Source: an uncultured Gammaproteobacteria bacterium (GTDB lineage: Bacteria > Patescibacteriota > Patescibacteriia > VMEV01 > CAZAJQ01). Taken from it: DNA of 64,000 nucleotides. The first letter of the stretch is position 1; the number at the start of each line of letters is the position of its first letter. This document shows positions 42,095-51,789 of the stretch, piece by piece. The translations under genes and the position numbers were made by a program. The notes under the pieces are model-generated. The model did not search any database. It had not been told where the DNA came from and saw nothing but the letters and a program-made list of their open reading frames with translations. The stretch is from contig CAZAJQ010000001.1 in NCBI GenBank assembly GCA_964485795.1, positions 78,014 to 142,013 on the forward strand. The letters run 5' to 3'.

Positions 42095-42805
42095 TCATTG
42101 CCCTTTGGCCGTTTCCTTACGCATGAGAATGTCGGGACGCAACGAAAGCTTGAGGTCTATTTTCACGAGACTCAATTCCTTTCCATCCACATTTTCTTTC
42201 ACTTGGTTTGCCTTGCCTATTCCCAGGCCGGCAATGGCTTTTTCGGATGTTTGAAAAAGCTGAATCTGACGGGCAACGGTTCGATACGTCGGCCCCGCCG
42301 CCACCAGACGCACGTCATTGCCGTCTATGGACATTTCCGTATAAAAAACGTCATGCAACGTATTTTGCTCCAAAAATTGAAAAAGAAACGACCAATTCAG
42401 GTGCGAATCCAAAAGTTTTTCGGCCGTTACAAATTGCTTTTGAAGCCTTTCCGCATCTTGCTTCGTCGCATCAAAAAGCCGAATCTGGTCGTTGATTTTT
42501 TGGATATCATAATTCAGACGGGAAATTTCAGCGGACGCTTTTTTCCCTTGAATATCCAAAAACAAATGCGCCCCCGCCGTAAGAAAAACTGCCAAAGATG
42601 CCCAGATAAACATCATCAATCCCTTTTTTCGATTTTGTTCCGGACTCATGACCAAAAAACGCTCGGGCATGAGATTCACCTGCGGAGTAAATTCGTTCAT
42701 TTCCTTTTTCGCTCGATATCGGACGCCTCCTCCCCGTACGGTCGTTCCGGACGAAACTTCACTTTGAATGGATGAGAGATGGTAAGCGTCTTTTTTCATA
42801 CGCAT
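42095..42805 (-). CDS. pilN: PilN-like pilus assembly protein; the likely true start is MNEFTPQVNLMPE at 42700
   Basis: The VNLMPE N-terminal motif matches the PilN INLLP motif. TM plus coiled coil. Confidence 0.7.
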   Translation of the reverse strand: MRMKKDAYHLSSIQSEVSSGTTVRGGGVRYRAKKEMNEFTPQVNLMPERFLVMSPEQNRKKGLMMFIWASLAVFLTAGAHLFLDIQGKKASAEISRLNYDIQKINDQIRLFDATKQDAERLQKQFVTAEKLLDSHLNWSFLFQFLEQNTLHDVFYTEMSIDGNDVRLVAAGPTYRTVARQIQLFQTSEKAIAGLGIGKANQVKENVDGKELSLVKIDLKLSLRPDILMRKETAKGQ

Positions 42806-42851
42806 GCTGATGTTTGTTTATGATTCTCCAAAAAAAACTTCAAAATCGTTG

Positions 42852-43964
42852 TCATGAAGAAACGATATTGCGGAGGCTGCATCCGATGGCGACGGAAAAT
42901 GAGGGCCCGAGCTCCTCGAGTACGGGACGCAATTCTTCGGGATAAGAAACTTTTGCGAAAGGGTCTCCGATTAAAACTTGAATATCCAATATCTTCGAAA
43001 GAAACTCCGGCATCCCAGAAAAATAAGCCACTCCGCCGGAGAGGATAATTTTCTGAATTCGCCTCTGCGCGTCATCGTCGGACAAGGTCAAGCTGTGACT
43101 TTCCGTCTGATAAAGGTTCAATATGTATCGAATTTCATTGACGATCGGCAAAAAGGCGTTCTCGAGAAGCTTGGGCATATCCTGCCCGGTCGGAAGCACG
43201 AAATCTTTTTTCACGACCTCGGAGTCAAGGAAATCAACGCCCAGCGTTTCGGCGATTTTTTCGGAAATCTGTCTTCCGGCCACATCAATGCTGCGATTGA
43301 GAACCGGAATACCCCTGTCGACGATCGAAATATTGGTCGTCACCGCGCCGATATCCACGAGCATGAGAATATCCGGATCATTGCCCACGAGAGCATGTAT
43401 CTGAGCGAACACCTCGCTTTCCAATATCATGAGATTGAGATTGGCTTTTTTGAAAATTTTCACATAGCGTTCCACGAGATCTTTCGGAGCCGACGTAAGC
43501 AACACTCGAATGTTTTTTTTCGACTCGGAAATGATAACGCCTTTTTCTTGTGGCCGGATCGACTTTTTTTCACCTTCATCCAACGGTTTGAGCGTTTTCC
43601 AATCCAGCACCATTTCTTCCAAAGGCAAAGGGATGACCTTTTTTGCCTCCCATTGCACCGCGGACGCGATGTCTTTTTGCGGCATGTCCGGCAAGGTGAT
43701 GATGGAACTGAAAACAGAAAAAGCGGGCAAAGCCGCTATGACGTTTTTTGACTGAATACGCGAAACCTTTACGATTTCTTTGATCGTTTTCGCGACTTCA
43801 TCTTCGGATAATTTTTTGTGTCTTTGTTCGCTGCTTTCCTGATCGGAAAATCCGTAGGAAAGAAGCTTGGCGGTTTTACCTTCGGAAGCGAGCTCAACGA
43901 TTTTCACGGAAGCCGTGCCCAGGTCAACGCCCACGATGCTTTGTTTTGGTGTAAAGAAGGCCAT
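42852..43964 (-). CDS. pilM: type IV pilus assembly protein PilM (actin-like ATPase). The ORF track starts at a TTG at 44000; the ATG at 43964 is preferred.
   Basis: SIVGVDLGTASVKIVEL N-terminus; actin/HSP70-fold motifs. Confidence 0.85.
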   Translation of the reverse strand: MAFFTPKQSIVGVDLGTASVKIVELASEGKTAKLLSYGFSDQESSEQRHKKLSEDEVAKTIKEIVKVSRIQSKNVIAALPAFSVFSSIITLPDMPQKDIASAVQWEAKKVIPLPLEEMVLDWKTLKPLDEGEKKSIRPQEKGVIISESKKNIRVLLTSAPKDLVERYVKIFKKANLNLMILESEVFAQIHALVGNDPDILMLVDIGAVTTNISIVDRGIPVLNRSIDVAGRQISEKIAETLGVDFLDSEVVKKDFVLPTGQDMPKLLENAFLPIVNEIRYILNLYQTESHSLTLSDDDAQRRIQKIILSGGVAYFSGMPEFLSKILDIQVLIGDPFAKVSYPEELRPVLEELGPSFSVAIGCSLRNIVSS

Positions 43965-44002
43965 ACAAAAACGATGTTCGGAGTATTGCGCCGTATGCAA
44001 AG

Positions 44003-44040
44003 ATTATACCACAGAAAACGATCCGCTCATAAACATATCA
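44003..44040 (-). promoter_or_regulatory. candidate promoter of the pilus operon with an extended -10 (TGGTATAAT)
   Basis: Minus-strand ...TTATGA, 17 nt, TGGTATAAT about 40 nt upstream of the pilM ATG. Confidence 0.45.
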
Positions 44041-44146
44041 CTCGGCATATCCGTGATTTTTGCTTCTCGGGACGTCTCATTGATCCGAGTACGATTTTGC
44101 GATATTCTTTCTTTAACCTATCCTTCATAGGCAAATCCCATTTTTT

Positions 44147-44524
44147 ATGCCAGAAAAATTTTCCGACACATTCGATCCGTCACGCGCGAATGAAACGCTT
44201 CATTCCGAGGAATCTTCCGAAAAAAAAGAATCTCCGGAAAAATCTCTCGAAAACTTGAAGCAACTTCTGGATACCCTCGAACCGCAAGCAGCTCGATTGG
44301 ACGACTTCATGAAAAAAGTCTCTTCCACCTTTGAAAAATTCTCCTCGCATATCGACCGTCTGGATGACAAGACGGATCAAGAACTCATCAACACCTATCA
44401 AGAGCTCAAAACCTCGTTTCAATCTTGTAAAAAACTGTTTGATACGTTTGGAGCATGGTGGTTTGACAACGTGTCTCACCCCATGAAAAAATTTTTACAC
44501 GAATCATGGCATGGGAAAAAATGA
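44147..44524 (+). CDS. hypothetical protein
   Basis: 125-aa ORF; acidic, helical. Confidence 0.4.
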   Translation: MPEKFSDTFDPSRANETLHSEESSEKKESPEKSLENLKQLLDTLEPQAARLDDFMKKVSSTFEKFSSHIDRLDDKTDQELINTYQELKTSFQSCKKLFDTFGAWWFDNVSHPMKKFLHESWHGKK

Positions 44525-44541
44525 AGACGGCCATCAAACGA

Positions 44542-44787
44542 TCATCTCGCCGGATATTCCGGTCGGATTTTTCGAATTTTTTCAAACAGTTTCTCAATCC
44601 TCTCTTGTATCTCGGGGTGCTCTGAAAGGAGCGCTTTTTCCTTTTCATCACCTACCATTTCCTCAAGCAATTTCAAAAAGCCGCTGAAATCTTTCCCAAA
44701 CAGCTTTGCATGACTCATGAGGAGTTCAATTTCATTTTTGAGCATGGGGATCGTCATAAAGAGTGCTGCGCCTTCACGACATAACAC
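44542..44787 (-). CDS. hypothetical small protein
   Basis: 81-aa ORF, convergent with the preceding gene. Confidence 0.35.
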   Translation of the reverse strand: MLCREGAALFMTIPMLKNEIELLMSHAKLFGKDFSGFLKLLEEMVGDEKEKALLSEHPEIQERIEKLFEKIRKIRPEYPAR

Positions 44788-45073
44788 GATGAACGTTCGA
44801 TATCTTTATAAAACCCCCATGGCTTATCGACTCTGGGCATGTAATTTTGTTACCGTTACTTGGAATGATAGCACGTTCGCAACAAGGAACCAGAAAAATT
44901 ATCAAGAGTATCCCTACATGACGCAAAGAGTTAGGGAAACCCTACGGGTTTTGTTATTATCTCTACACCTCATAAACTCAAAAAAATCGCTCAAACAAGA
45001 GAAAAGTTTGACTTTTTATGCTTTTTTTCTTATATTTTCCTTGATTCCGACTTCTTATCATTAACTTTTCCCT

Positions 45074-45625
45074 ATGTCAGGCATTATTTTTCTTATCATC
45101 ATCATTGCCATCCTCCTCTGGGGCATATCCATTTACAATGGCCTCATCACTTCGAAAAACCGGACCCAAGAAGCATGGGCCGACATTGACGTGCAGCTTA
45201 AGCGAAGGCATGATCTCATCCCCAATCTTATCGAAACCGTCAAGGGATACAGTAAACACGAATCCGAAGTCTTTCGCAAGGTGACGGAAGCGCGAGCGGC
45301 GGCTTTGGCGGCTTCGGGTACGGCCGCGAAGGCTCGGGCGGAAAATGCGCTCAATGAAACCCTCAAATCGCTTTTTGCCATCAGCGAAAATTATCCCGAG
45401 CTCAAAGCGTCGCAAAATTTTCTTGCTCTTCAAGACGAACTCTCGGATACAGAAAACAAAATTCAATCCTCGCGAAGGTTTTACAATGCCAATGTTCGCG
45501 ATTTCAATACTCTTCTTGAAGTGTTTCCGCAAAATCTGATCGCCGGCATGATCAATTTCAAAAAGAAAGAATTTTTTGAAATCGCGGATATCAATGAACG
45601 GGAAACACCTTCCGTAAAATTTTAA
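45074..45625 (+). CDS. lemA: LemA family protein
   Basis: N-terminal TM, then the LITSKNRTQEAWADIDVQLKRRHDLIPNL LemA signature. Confidence 0.85.
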   Translation: MSGIIFLIIIIAILLWGISIYNGLITSKNRTQEAWADIDVQLKRRHDLIPNLIETVKGYSKHESEVFRKVTEARAAALAASGTAAKARAENALNETLKSLFAISENYPELKASQNFLALQDELSDTENKIQSSRRFYNANVRDFNTLLEVFPQNLIAGMINFKKKEFFEIADINERETPSVKF

Positions 45626-45704
45626 ATGCCCCTCTTGGGCCTGTTTTCTTTATCTTTTATTCTTTTGACAATGTTCGCGGTGCGGCATTGTCAATTTTTT
45701 CTCC

Positions 45705-46592
45705 ATGTATAAAAACATAGACGCCAATAAAAGAAAAAGCGCCTTGCTTATGGCTCTCTTTATAGGATTTATCCTGATGGTGGGCTATGTGTTTGGGCAA
45801 ATCACGGACGCCGGAATCGCTCCGGTGTTTATCGCCGGTCTTTTTTCGTTTTTCATGACCGGGACAAGCTATTTTTATGGCGATGCGATCGCTTTGGCGG
45901 CATCCGGAGCGGTTCGCATCGAAAAACAGGATCATCCGTACGTTTATCGTATGGTGGAAAATCTCTGCATCACGGCCGGACTCCCCATGCCAAAAGTGCA
46001 TATCATCCCCGATAAAGCCATGAACGCCTTTGCCACCGGCAGGGATCCGAAACACGCTTCCATCGCACTGACGACAGGCATCATCGAAACGCTGAAAAAC
46101 GAAGAGCTCGAAGGCGTCATAGCGCATGAGCTTTCCCACGTGCAAAATTATGACATTCGCCTCATGACCGTCATCATCGTGCTTATAGGACTGGTCACGT
46201 TGCTCTCGGACTGGATGATGAGAAGTCTTCTCTTTCGGAGAAACGACGACCGAAACAATATTCATCCCGTTCTGGTTATCGTCGGTGTCCTCCTCATGAT
46301 TCTTTCGCCTATCATTGCTCAGCTCATCCAGCTCGCCGTTTCCAGAAAAAGGGAATTTCTCGCGGATGCGTCCGGCGCCTTACTGACGCGATATCCCGAA
46401 GGTCTGGCATCCGCTCTCGAAAAAATCGCCGCGCAAAACCGTCCCCTCATGACCGCCAATTCCGCAACCGCTCATCTCTTCTTTTCCAATCCATTCGCAA
46501 AAAAAACCAAATTTTTCTCAAAACTTTTTCAGACGCATCCGCCCATAGAAGAGCGCATCGCTGCCCTTCGAAACATGAACATTTCTTCATAA
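45705..46592 (+). CDS. htpX: M48 family zinc metalloprotease
   Basis: HELSH zinc motif, four TM helices. The LemA-HtpX pairing is common. Confidence 0.9.
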   Translation: MYKNIDANKRKSALLMALFIGFILMVGYVFGQITDAGIAPVFIAGLFSFFMTGTSYFYGDAIALAASGAVRIEKQDHPYVYRMVENLCITAGLPMPKVHIIPDKAMNAFATGRDPKHASIALTTGIIETLKNEELEGVIAHELSHVQNYDIRLMTVIIVLIGLVTLLSDWMMRSLLFRRNDDRNNIHPVLVIVGVLLMILSPIIAQLIQLAVSRKREFLADASGALLTRYPEGLASALEKIAAQNRPLMTANSATAHLFFSNPFAKKTKFFSKLFQTHPPIEERIAALRNMNISS

Positions 46593-46597
46593 TTCAT

Positions 46598-49081
46598 ATG
46601 TCCACGACTTCAAAATTCACAAAAAATCTTTCACGGGTCATCGAACAAGCCTGCCTTTTTGCGATGAAAAAAAACAAAAAAACCGTTGATCTGGCCGAGG
46701 TGGTGGATGCGCTTCTTTTTCAAAAAAAATCTCTCGCGTCGCAGATATTGCATCAGCATCCGGCTTTGATCAAAAAAACCGTTCTTTCGGCGAATCATGA
46801 AAATCTTCCGGAGCGCATCCCTGACTTTTCGGAAGAGCTCTCTCGAGCGCTTGGAAAAGCGACGATCATCGCCTATGTGTACGAGCACCGTTACTTGGGA
46901 ACCGAGCATCTTCTGGCCGCGCTTCTCGAACTCTTCAAGCCGAGCCTCGGAGCCATGCTCGGACTCGGCGTGTCCGACCTGCACTTTTTGGAACAAAAAA
47001 TCATCGCCGTGCTCAAAAACACGTCGAAATTGCCTGATTTGGAAGAAATCCTCTCGATGGCAAAAGAAAAGCAAACCCTTCGCAAAGAATATTCTCAAAA
47101 AACTTCGACTTCCTATCTCGATACCTGCACTGAAAATATCACGCAAAAAGCTTTTGAAAAAAAACTCGATCCTTGCGTGGCTCGAGACGCGGAAATCAAC
47201 CGCATCATCCAAATCCTCGGAAGAAGGAGAAAAAACAATCCCATCCTTTTGGGCCAGCCCGGGGTGGGGAAAACCGCCATCGTCGAAGGCCTTGCGTCTC
47301 GAATCGTCCGCGGGGACGTTCCCGATTTTCTCAAAAGGGGCAATATCCTGTCACTGGACACCAGCGCACTCGTGGCCGGAAGTTTTCATCGCGGGGAATT
47401 TGAATATCGTCTCAAGTATCTTCTCAATGAAATCCAAAAAAATCCGAACCTCATCCTTTTCATCGACGAGATTCACACCATTCTCGGCATCGGCTCTCAT
47501 GAAGGAAGCGTGGATATGGCCAATATCCTCAAACCATCATTGGCGCGAGGGGAGATACGCTGCATCGGCGCCACGACCTTTGACGATTATCGTAAATATT
47601 TCGAGCGCGACGCCGCATTGACTCGCAGATTTCAGCCCATCCATATTCATGAGCCGAGCACCGAGGAAACCGCGCTGATGCTCAAAAACATGAAAAAAGT
47701 CTATGAACAATTTCACAAGGTGAAAATTTCCGACGATGCCATTCAGAGCACCGTGAAACTCGCGGATTCTCATATTCCCGAAAGATTTTTTCCCGACAAG
47801 GCTCTGGATGTGATCGACGAGGCCGCATCGCAGCTCAAACTTTCGATGCCGCAAAGCGCGCTCGAAAGAAAGCTTTCGGAGCTCACCGCAAAAATGGTTC
47901 AAATGAAGGACAAAAAACGTGAGGCGTTACTGGCGGAAAATTTTCTTTTGACGAAAAAATTCAAAACGCAGGAAAAAAAAATGGAGATGCAACTGCAAAA
48001 AATATCTTCGCAAATCCAAAGCGCCCCGAGTACCATGCCTCTGCTTTCCAGCGATCATATCGGGCAGACGATTTCCATGATGACCCATATTCCTCTCGAT
48101 CATTTTCATGAAAAGACCGAAAACTCGTACCGAGATCTGGAAAAAAAGCTTCTAAAAAAAATCATCGGTCAAGAAAAAGCGATTCAAAACATCGCAAAAG
48201 CCGTGCGCATTCACAAGGCCGGCATTCGCGAGCAAGAGCGTCCTTTGAGTTTACTTTTTATCGGACCCGCCGGCGTGGGAAAAACCGCCGCGGCAAAAGC
48301 GGTTGCCGATATCCTCTATCCGAACGCATCCTCGTTTTTGCGTCTGGATATGTCCGAATACACGGAAGCCTTCCATGTTTCCAAGCTCATCGGCGCGCCG
48401 GCGGGATACATCGGATATCGTGAAAGCGGGCTGCTTTCCAATTTCATCTCGGAAAATCCGCATGCGGTCATCGTCTTTGATCGCATGGAAAAAGCGCATC
48501 CGGATGTGAAAAGCATCGTACTGCAGCTCATCGACGAAGGCGGATTGCGCGACGCAGCCGGGAAAAAGGTGAATGCCAAAAATTCGATATTCATCTTCAC
48601 GGTCGCCACATCCTCAAAGGAGGATTCCGTGATTTCAGGATTTGAAAAAAACGATGATCTTGGACGGACGAAAAAAATCAACACCTCCGCACAATCTTGT
48701 GAAACGGCGAAAAAGATATTTTCTTCGGAGTTTATGGACATGCTGGGTGAAATCATCGAATTTCGACCTTTTGACAAAAAAGATCTTCTGGCTTTCGCAA
48801 AGAACGCATTGGATCAGATTCGGAATCACCTTCTCACGCGCGGGAAAAATATCACCTTTGATGAAAAAGTGTATAATACTCTTATCCAGCACTCGGAGGA
48901 TACGAACATCAGCGTCAAAACGTTAAAAAAACACATCTCGGATCGAATCGAAGAATCGCTTGCCGACCTTTTGTTGACACATCATTGCGAGCATATTCAC
49001 GTCGGAGTGAAAAAAGAAAAAATAACGTTTAAGCTCAAGAAACATGACTCCAGAAGAAGCTCAAAATCAGGCTCTCGATGA
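46598..49081 (+). CDS. ClpB/ClpC-family AAA+ chaperone ATPase with two nucleotide-binding domains
   Basis: Clp_N-like N-terminus. Walker A GQPGVGKT and GPAGVGKT. Short middle coiled-coil. 827 aa. Confidence 0.9.
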   Translation: MSTTSKFTKNLSRVIEQACLFAMKKNKKTVDLAEVVDALLFQKKSLASQILHQHPALIKKTVLSANHENLPERIPDFSEELSRALGKATIIAYVYEHRYLGTEHLLAALLELFKPSLGAMLGLGVSDLHFLEQKIIAVLKNTSKLPDLEEILSMAKEKQTLRKEYSQKTSTSYLDTCTENITQKAFEKKLDPCVARDAEINRIIQILGRRRKNNPILLGQPGVGKTAIVEGLASRIVRGDVPDFLKRGNILSLDTSALVAGSFHRGEFEYRLKYLLNEIQKNPNLILFIDEIHTILGIGSHEGSVDMANILKPSLARGEIRCIGATTFDDYRKYFERDAALTRRFQPIHIHEPSTEETALMLKNMKKVYEQFHKVKISDDAIQSTVKLADSHIPERFFPDKALDVIDEAASQLKLSMPQSALERKLSELTAKMVQMKDKKREALLAENFLLTKKFKTQEKKMEMQLQKISSQIQSAPSTMPLLSSDHIGQTISMMTHIPLDHFHEKTENSYRDLEKKLLKKIIGQEKAIQNIAKAVRIHKAGIREQERPLSLLFIGPAGVGKTAAAKAVADILYPNASSFLRLDMSEYTEAFHVSKLIGAPAGYIGYRESGLLSNFISENPHAVIVFDRMEKAHPDVKSIVLQLIDEGGLRDAAGKKVNAKNSIFIFTVATSSKEDSVISGFEKNDDLGRTKKINTSAQSCETAKKIFSSEFMDMLGEIIEFRPFDKKDLLAFAKNALDQIRNHLLTRGKNITFDEKVYNTLIQHSEDTNISVKTLKKHISDRIEESLADLLLTHHCEHIHVGVKKEKITFKLKKHDSRRSSKSGSR

Positions 49082-49646
49082 TGAAAGCATGGCCGAGCAA
49101 ATCGCCGCCAATCAACGTTATGTGATGCAACAAAAGCAGCTGCAAAGTCAGCAAGCCGCGGCTCTCGCCGCCGAGCAAACTCCGAGCTATGGTGAAAATT
49201 TCCGAAAAAGGAGCAGAAATTTTCTCGGTACTCAAGGTATCGCCATGGTCACGAGCATGGGAATATCGTCCATCGTTTCATTTTTTTACATCATCTTTCA
49301 TTTTCTCTGCGCCGAAGTAGCCCATTCGTCGTATTTTTCAAAACTTGGAGAGGAATGGGTCGTGAAGCTGTATCCTACCGTTCGCGACGAAAAAGACATC
49401 AAGCGTCTCTCTTGGGGATTTCGTTATTTGGATTTTTTATTGCTCGGCATCACGGGAATGCTGATGATGATCATCATCGGGTTTCTCGTTGTCAATATTT
49501 CCCTGATTGTCGGCGTTTTTCAATGCATGCCGGAAATTTACAAGGTCGTCCCCATTCTCGGCTATATCCTTCGCGTCGCTTGCAGCGGTGTTCGCTTCAT
49601 TTATGATGCCGGCGTTTACGGATATGAGCTTATCAAGGGCGAATAA
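49044..49646 (+). CDS. hypothetical membrane protein
   Basis: 200 aa, Q-rich N-terminus, 3-4 TM segments. Overlaps the clp gene end by 38 nt. Confidence 0.45.
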   Translation: MTPEEAQNQALDDESMAEQIAANQRYVMQQKQLQSQQAAALAAEQTPSYGENFRKRSRNFLGTQGIAMVTSMGISSIVSFFYIIFHFLCAEVAHSSYFSKLGEEWVVKLYPTVRDEKDIKRLSWGFRYLDFLLLGITGMLMMIIIGFLVVNISLIVGVFQCMPEIYKVVPILGYILRVACSGVRFIYDAGVYGYELIKGE

Positions 49647-49708
49647 CACCCATTCATTTCTTTTAAAAACTCAATCATTCTCATACCCTTAGAAAAAAAA
49701 CAAACTCT

Positions 49709-50974
49709 ATGCCACGTTTCTCACTTCGTCAATGGGCGCTTATCGGACTTCTCATCCTCTCGGCCGCCTTTGTGGGTTTTCTCATCTATGTCATCTTTTT
49801 TCAAGCCGTGCCGCCTTCCGTGACGACTCAAATACCGATCACCCAAGCTCCCGCGCAAGCTCCGGGCGGCTTGCTGGGACTTCCATCGGCACCCGTCGGA
49901 GCGCCTACCGCGCTTCCGGGTGCGCCGGAAGCGCCGCTCACCCCCGAGAAAGTGCGCCGATTGCAAGAAACCAGCGCAAAGGCTTCAGAAATCGCGAGAG
50001 GAGGAGTGACGAAAATCGCATCTACAACAGCCGCAAAAACTTTGAGTCCAAAAATCTCAAATGGCGGTCGCACCATACAATACTACAATGCGAACGACAG
50101 TACGTTTTACAGCATGGACCAAAACGGCAAAACCGTGAAACTCAGCGAAAAAACTTTTTTCGGCGTCGACTCCGTCACATGGAGTCCGGATGGCGGCAAG
50201 TCGATACTCGAATTCCCCGACGGAGCCAATATCCTCTACGATTTTGCAACCCAGGAACAGGTAACGTTGCCCAAGCATTGGCAGGAATTCTCCTTTTCCG
50301 CGCAGGGGGATCGCATCGTTTTCAAAAGCATCCCGATTGATGAGGAAGACAATTGGCTCGCGGTATCAAACATAGACGGTTCAAAGACGAAACTCATCGA
50401 AAATCTCGGCGGCGACCCGGGCAAAGTAAACGTGGATTGGTCGCCGAACAATCTCATGATCGCCACCTATACCGAGAGTTTGGATTTTGACCGATCGGAA
50501 CTTTTTTTCCTCGGACTCAATCAGGAAAATTTCCGGCTTACCGTCGTGGAGGGGCATGGATTTGAAGGCAGCTGGTCGCCCGACGGCGATAAAATTTTGT
50601 ACAGCGTATACAGCGCTCGCGATGATTTCAAGCCGCATCTGTGGATGGTGGACGCATTGCCCGACCGTATCGGAAACAATCGCCGAGATCTGAACCTCGC
50701 CACATGGTCGGACAAGTGCACGTTTGCCGGCGACACCACCCTGTACTGCGCTGCGCCGCTGGAACTCACGGAAGGCGCGGGGCTGGATCGCAGCTTGGCT
50801 TCCGAAACGCCGGATTTGATCTACAAACTCGACGTGGCCACCGGCACTCGCCAGCTCCTCGCGGTTCCCGACACCGAAATCACCGTCCAAAGCCTGATGA
50901 TCAACGAAGATGAATCGATCCTCTACCTCGTGGATGCCAAGGATCAGTCGCTCAAGCAGGTGAATTTGAAATGA
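49709..50974 (+). CDS. membrane-anchored TolB-like beta-propeller protein
   Basis: N-terminal TM, Pro/Ala-rich linker, repeated WSPDG/SPN beta-propeller blades. Confidence 0.7.
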   Translation: MPRFSLRQWALIGLLILSAAFVGFLIYVIFFQAVPPSVTTQIPITQAPAQAPGGLLGLPSAPVGAPTALPGAPEAPLTPEKVRRLQETSAKASEIARGGVTKIASTTAAKTLSPKISNGGRTIQYYNANDSTFYSMDQNGKTVKLSEKTFFGVDSVTWSPDGGKSILEFPDGANILYDFATQEQVTLPKHWQEFSFSAQGDRIVFKSIPIDEEDNWLAVSNIDGSKTKLIENLGGDPGKVNVDWSPNNLMIATYTESLDFDRSELFFLGLNQENFRLTVVEGHGFEGSWSPDGDKILYSVYSARDDFKPHLWMVDALPDRIGNNRRDLNLATWSDKCTFAGDTTLYCAAPLELTEGAGLDRSLASETPDLIYKLDVATGTRQLLAVPDTEITVQSLMINEDESILYLVDAKDQSLKQVNLK

Positions 50975-51015
50975 AAGACGAAATGCCTTTTTGTGGAATA
51001 CCGTGAACCATATCC

Positions 51016-51780
51016 ATGCGTTTAAAAAAATTGTCACTTCTGTTCATCCCCTCTTTTCTCATCGTCTTCATCGGAATACTTTTTTTATTTTCCCGAAAAA
51101 CTTCGGCTTTGGAATTCCCCACCGATAAACTCTCGGTCCCCATCCCCACCCTTGAGCTCTCAACGCCCAAGGAATCCGGCGGACTCATCACCAATACATG
51201 GATTTCCGACTACCTCATCGGATTCTATCGTTTTTCATTGTACTTTGTCGGTATTGTCGGCGTCTTGTTTCTCATCGCCGGCGGTATTCTCTATACGACT
51301 TCCGGAGGTGATTCGGGGAAAATAGATTCCGCAAAAGAAATGATATTTGGCGCGGCGATGGGCATCATCATCATGTTCGGTTCTTATCTCGTTTTAAGCA
51401 CCGTCAACCCCGATCTGGTGAAATTCCCCGGACTTTCGATTTCGAAAGTGAAAGCAATTCCAAAATCATCGAAAGAAAAGTATCCGGGCACCGAAGGGTG
51501 CTGTCTCATATCACAATTTCTCTATTCAAAAACAGGAATCTCCTATTACGCACACTCATGCTATGCTCCTTCGGAAGAAACCATTTGCAATAATCTTGCA
51601 AATGGAAAAGGAAAAGAACCATTTGTGAAATACACATACCAACCGATCCGCCCCAAAGGTGATAACACTCCGGAATTTACATGCGAAAACGCTTCCACAC
51701 TTGAAAAAAAAGCATATCTCGAACAGGCGAAAGTAATCAATAAGGATTCTCAGCTCCGTTGCATGAGCACCATTGATTAA
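51016..51780 (+). CDS. TrbC/VirB2-like (T4SS-type) pilin domain protein with a Cys-rich C-terminal domain
   Basis: ...LSVPIPTL...YRFSLYFVGIVGVLFLIAGGILYTTSGGDSGKIDSAKEMIFGAAMGIIIMFGSYLVLSTVNPDLV (two TM helices with an AGG...SGGDS...AK loop), then GCCLIS... with 7 Cys. Confidence 0.75.
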   Translation: MRLKKLSLLFIPSFLIVFIGILFLFSRKTSALEFPTDKLSVPIPTLELSTPKESGGLITNTWISDYLIGFYRFSLYFVGIVGVLFLIAGGILYTTSGGDSGKIDSAKEMIFGAAMGIIIMFGSYLVLSTVNPDLVKFPGLSISKVKAIPKSSKEKYPGTEGCCLISQFLYSKTGISYYAHSCYAPSEETICNNLANGKGKEPFVKYTYQPIRPKGDNTPEFTCENASTLEKKAYLEQAKVINKDSQLRCMSTID

Positions 51781-51789
51781 GGCCTTCTT

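Noticed and set aside
42852-44000. ORF-track pilM start at 44000
   Set aside because: That codon is TTG, and the first 12 residues (MHTAQYSEHRFC) are not PilM-like. The ATG at 43964 gives the canonical ...SIVGVDLGTASVK N-terminus and leaves room for the TGGTATAAT promoter.
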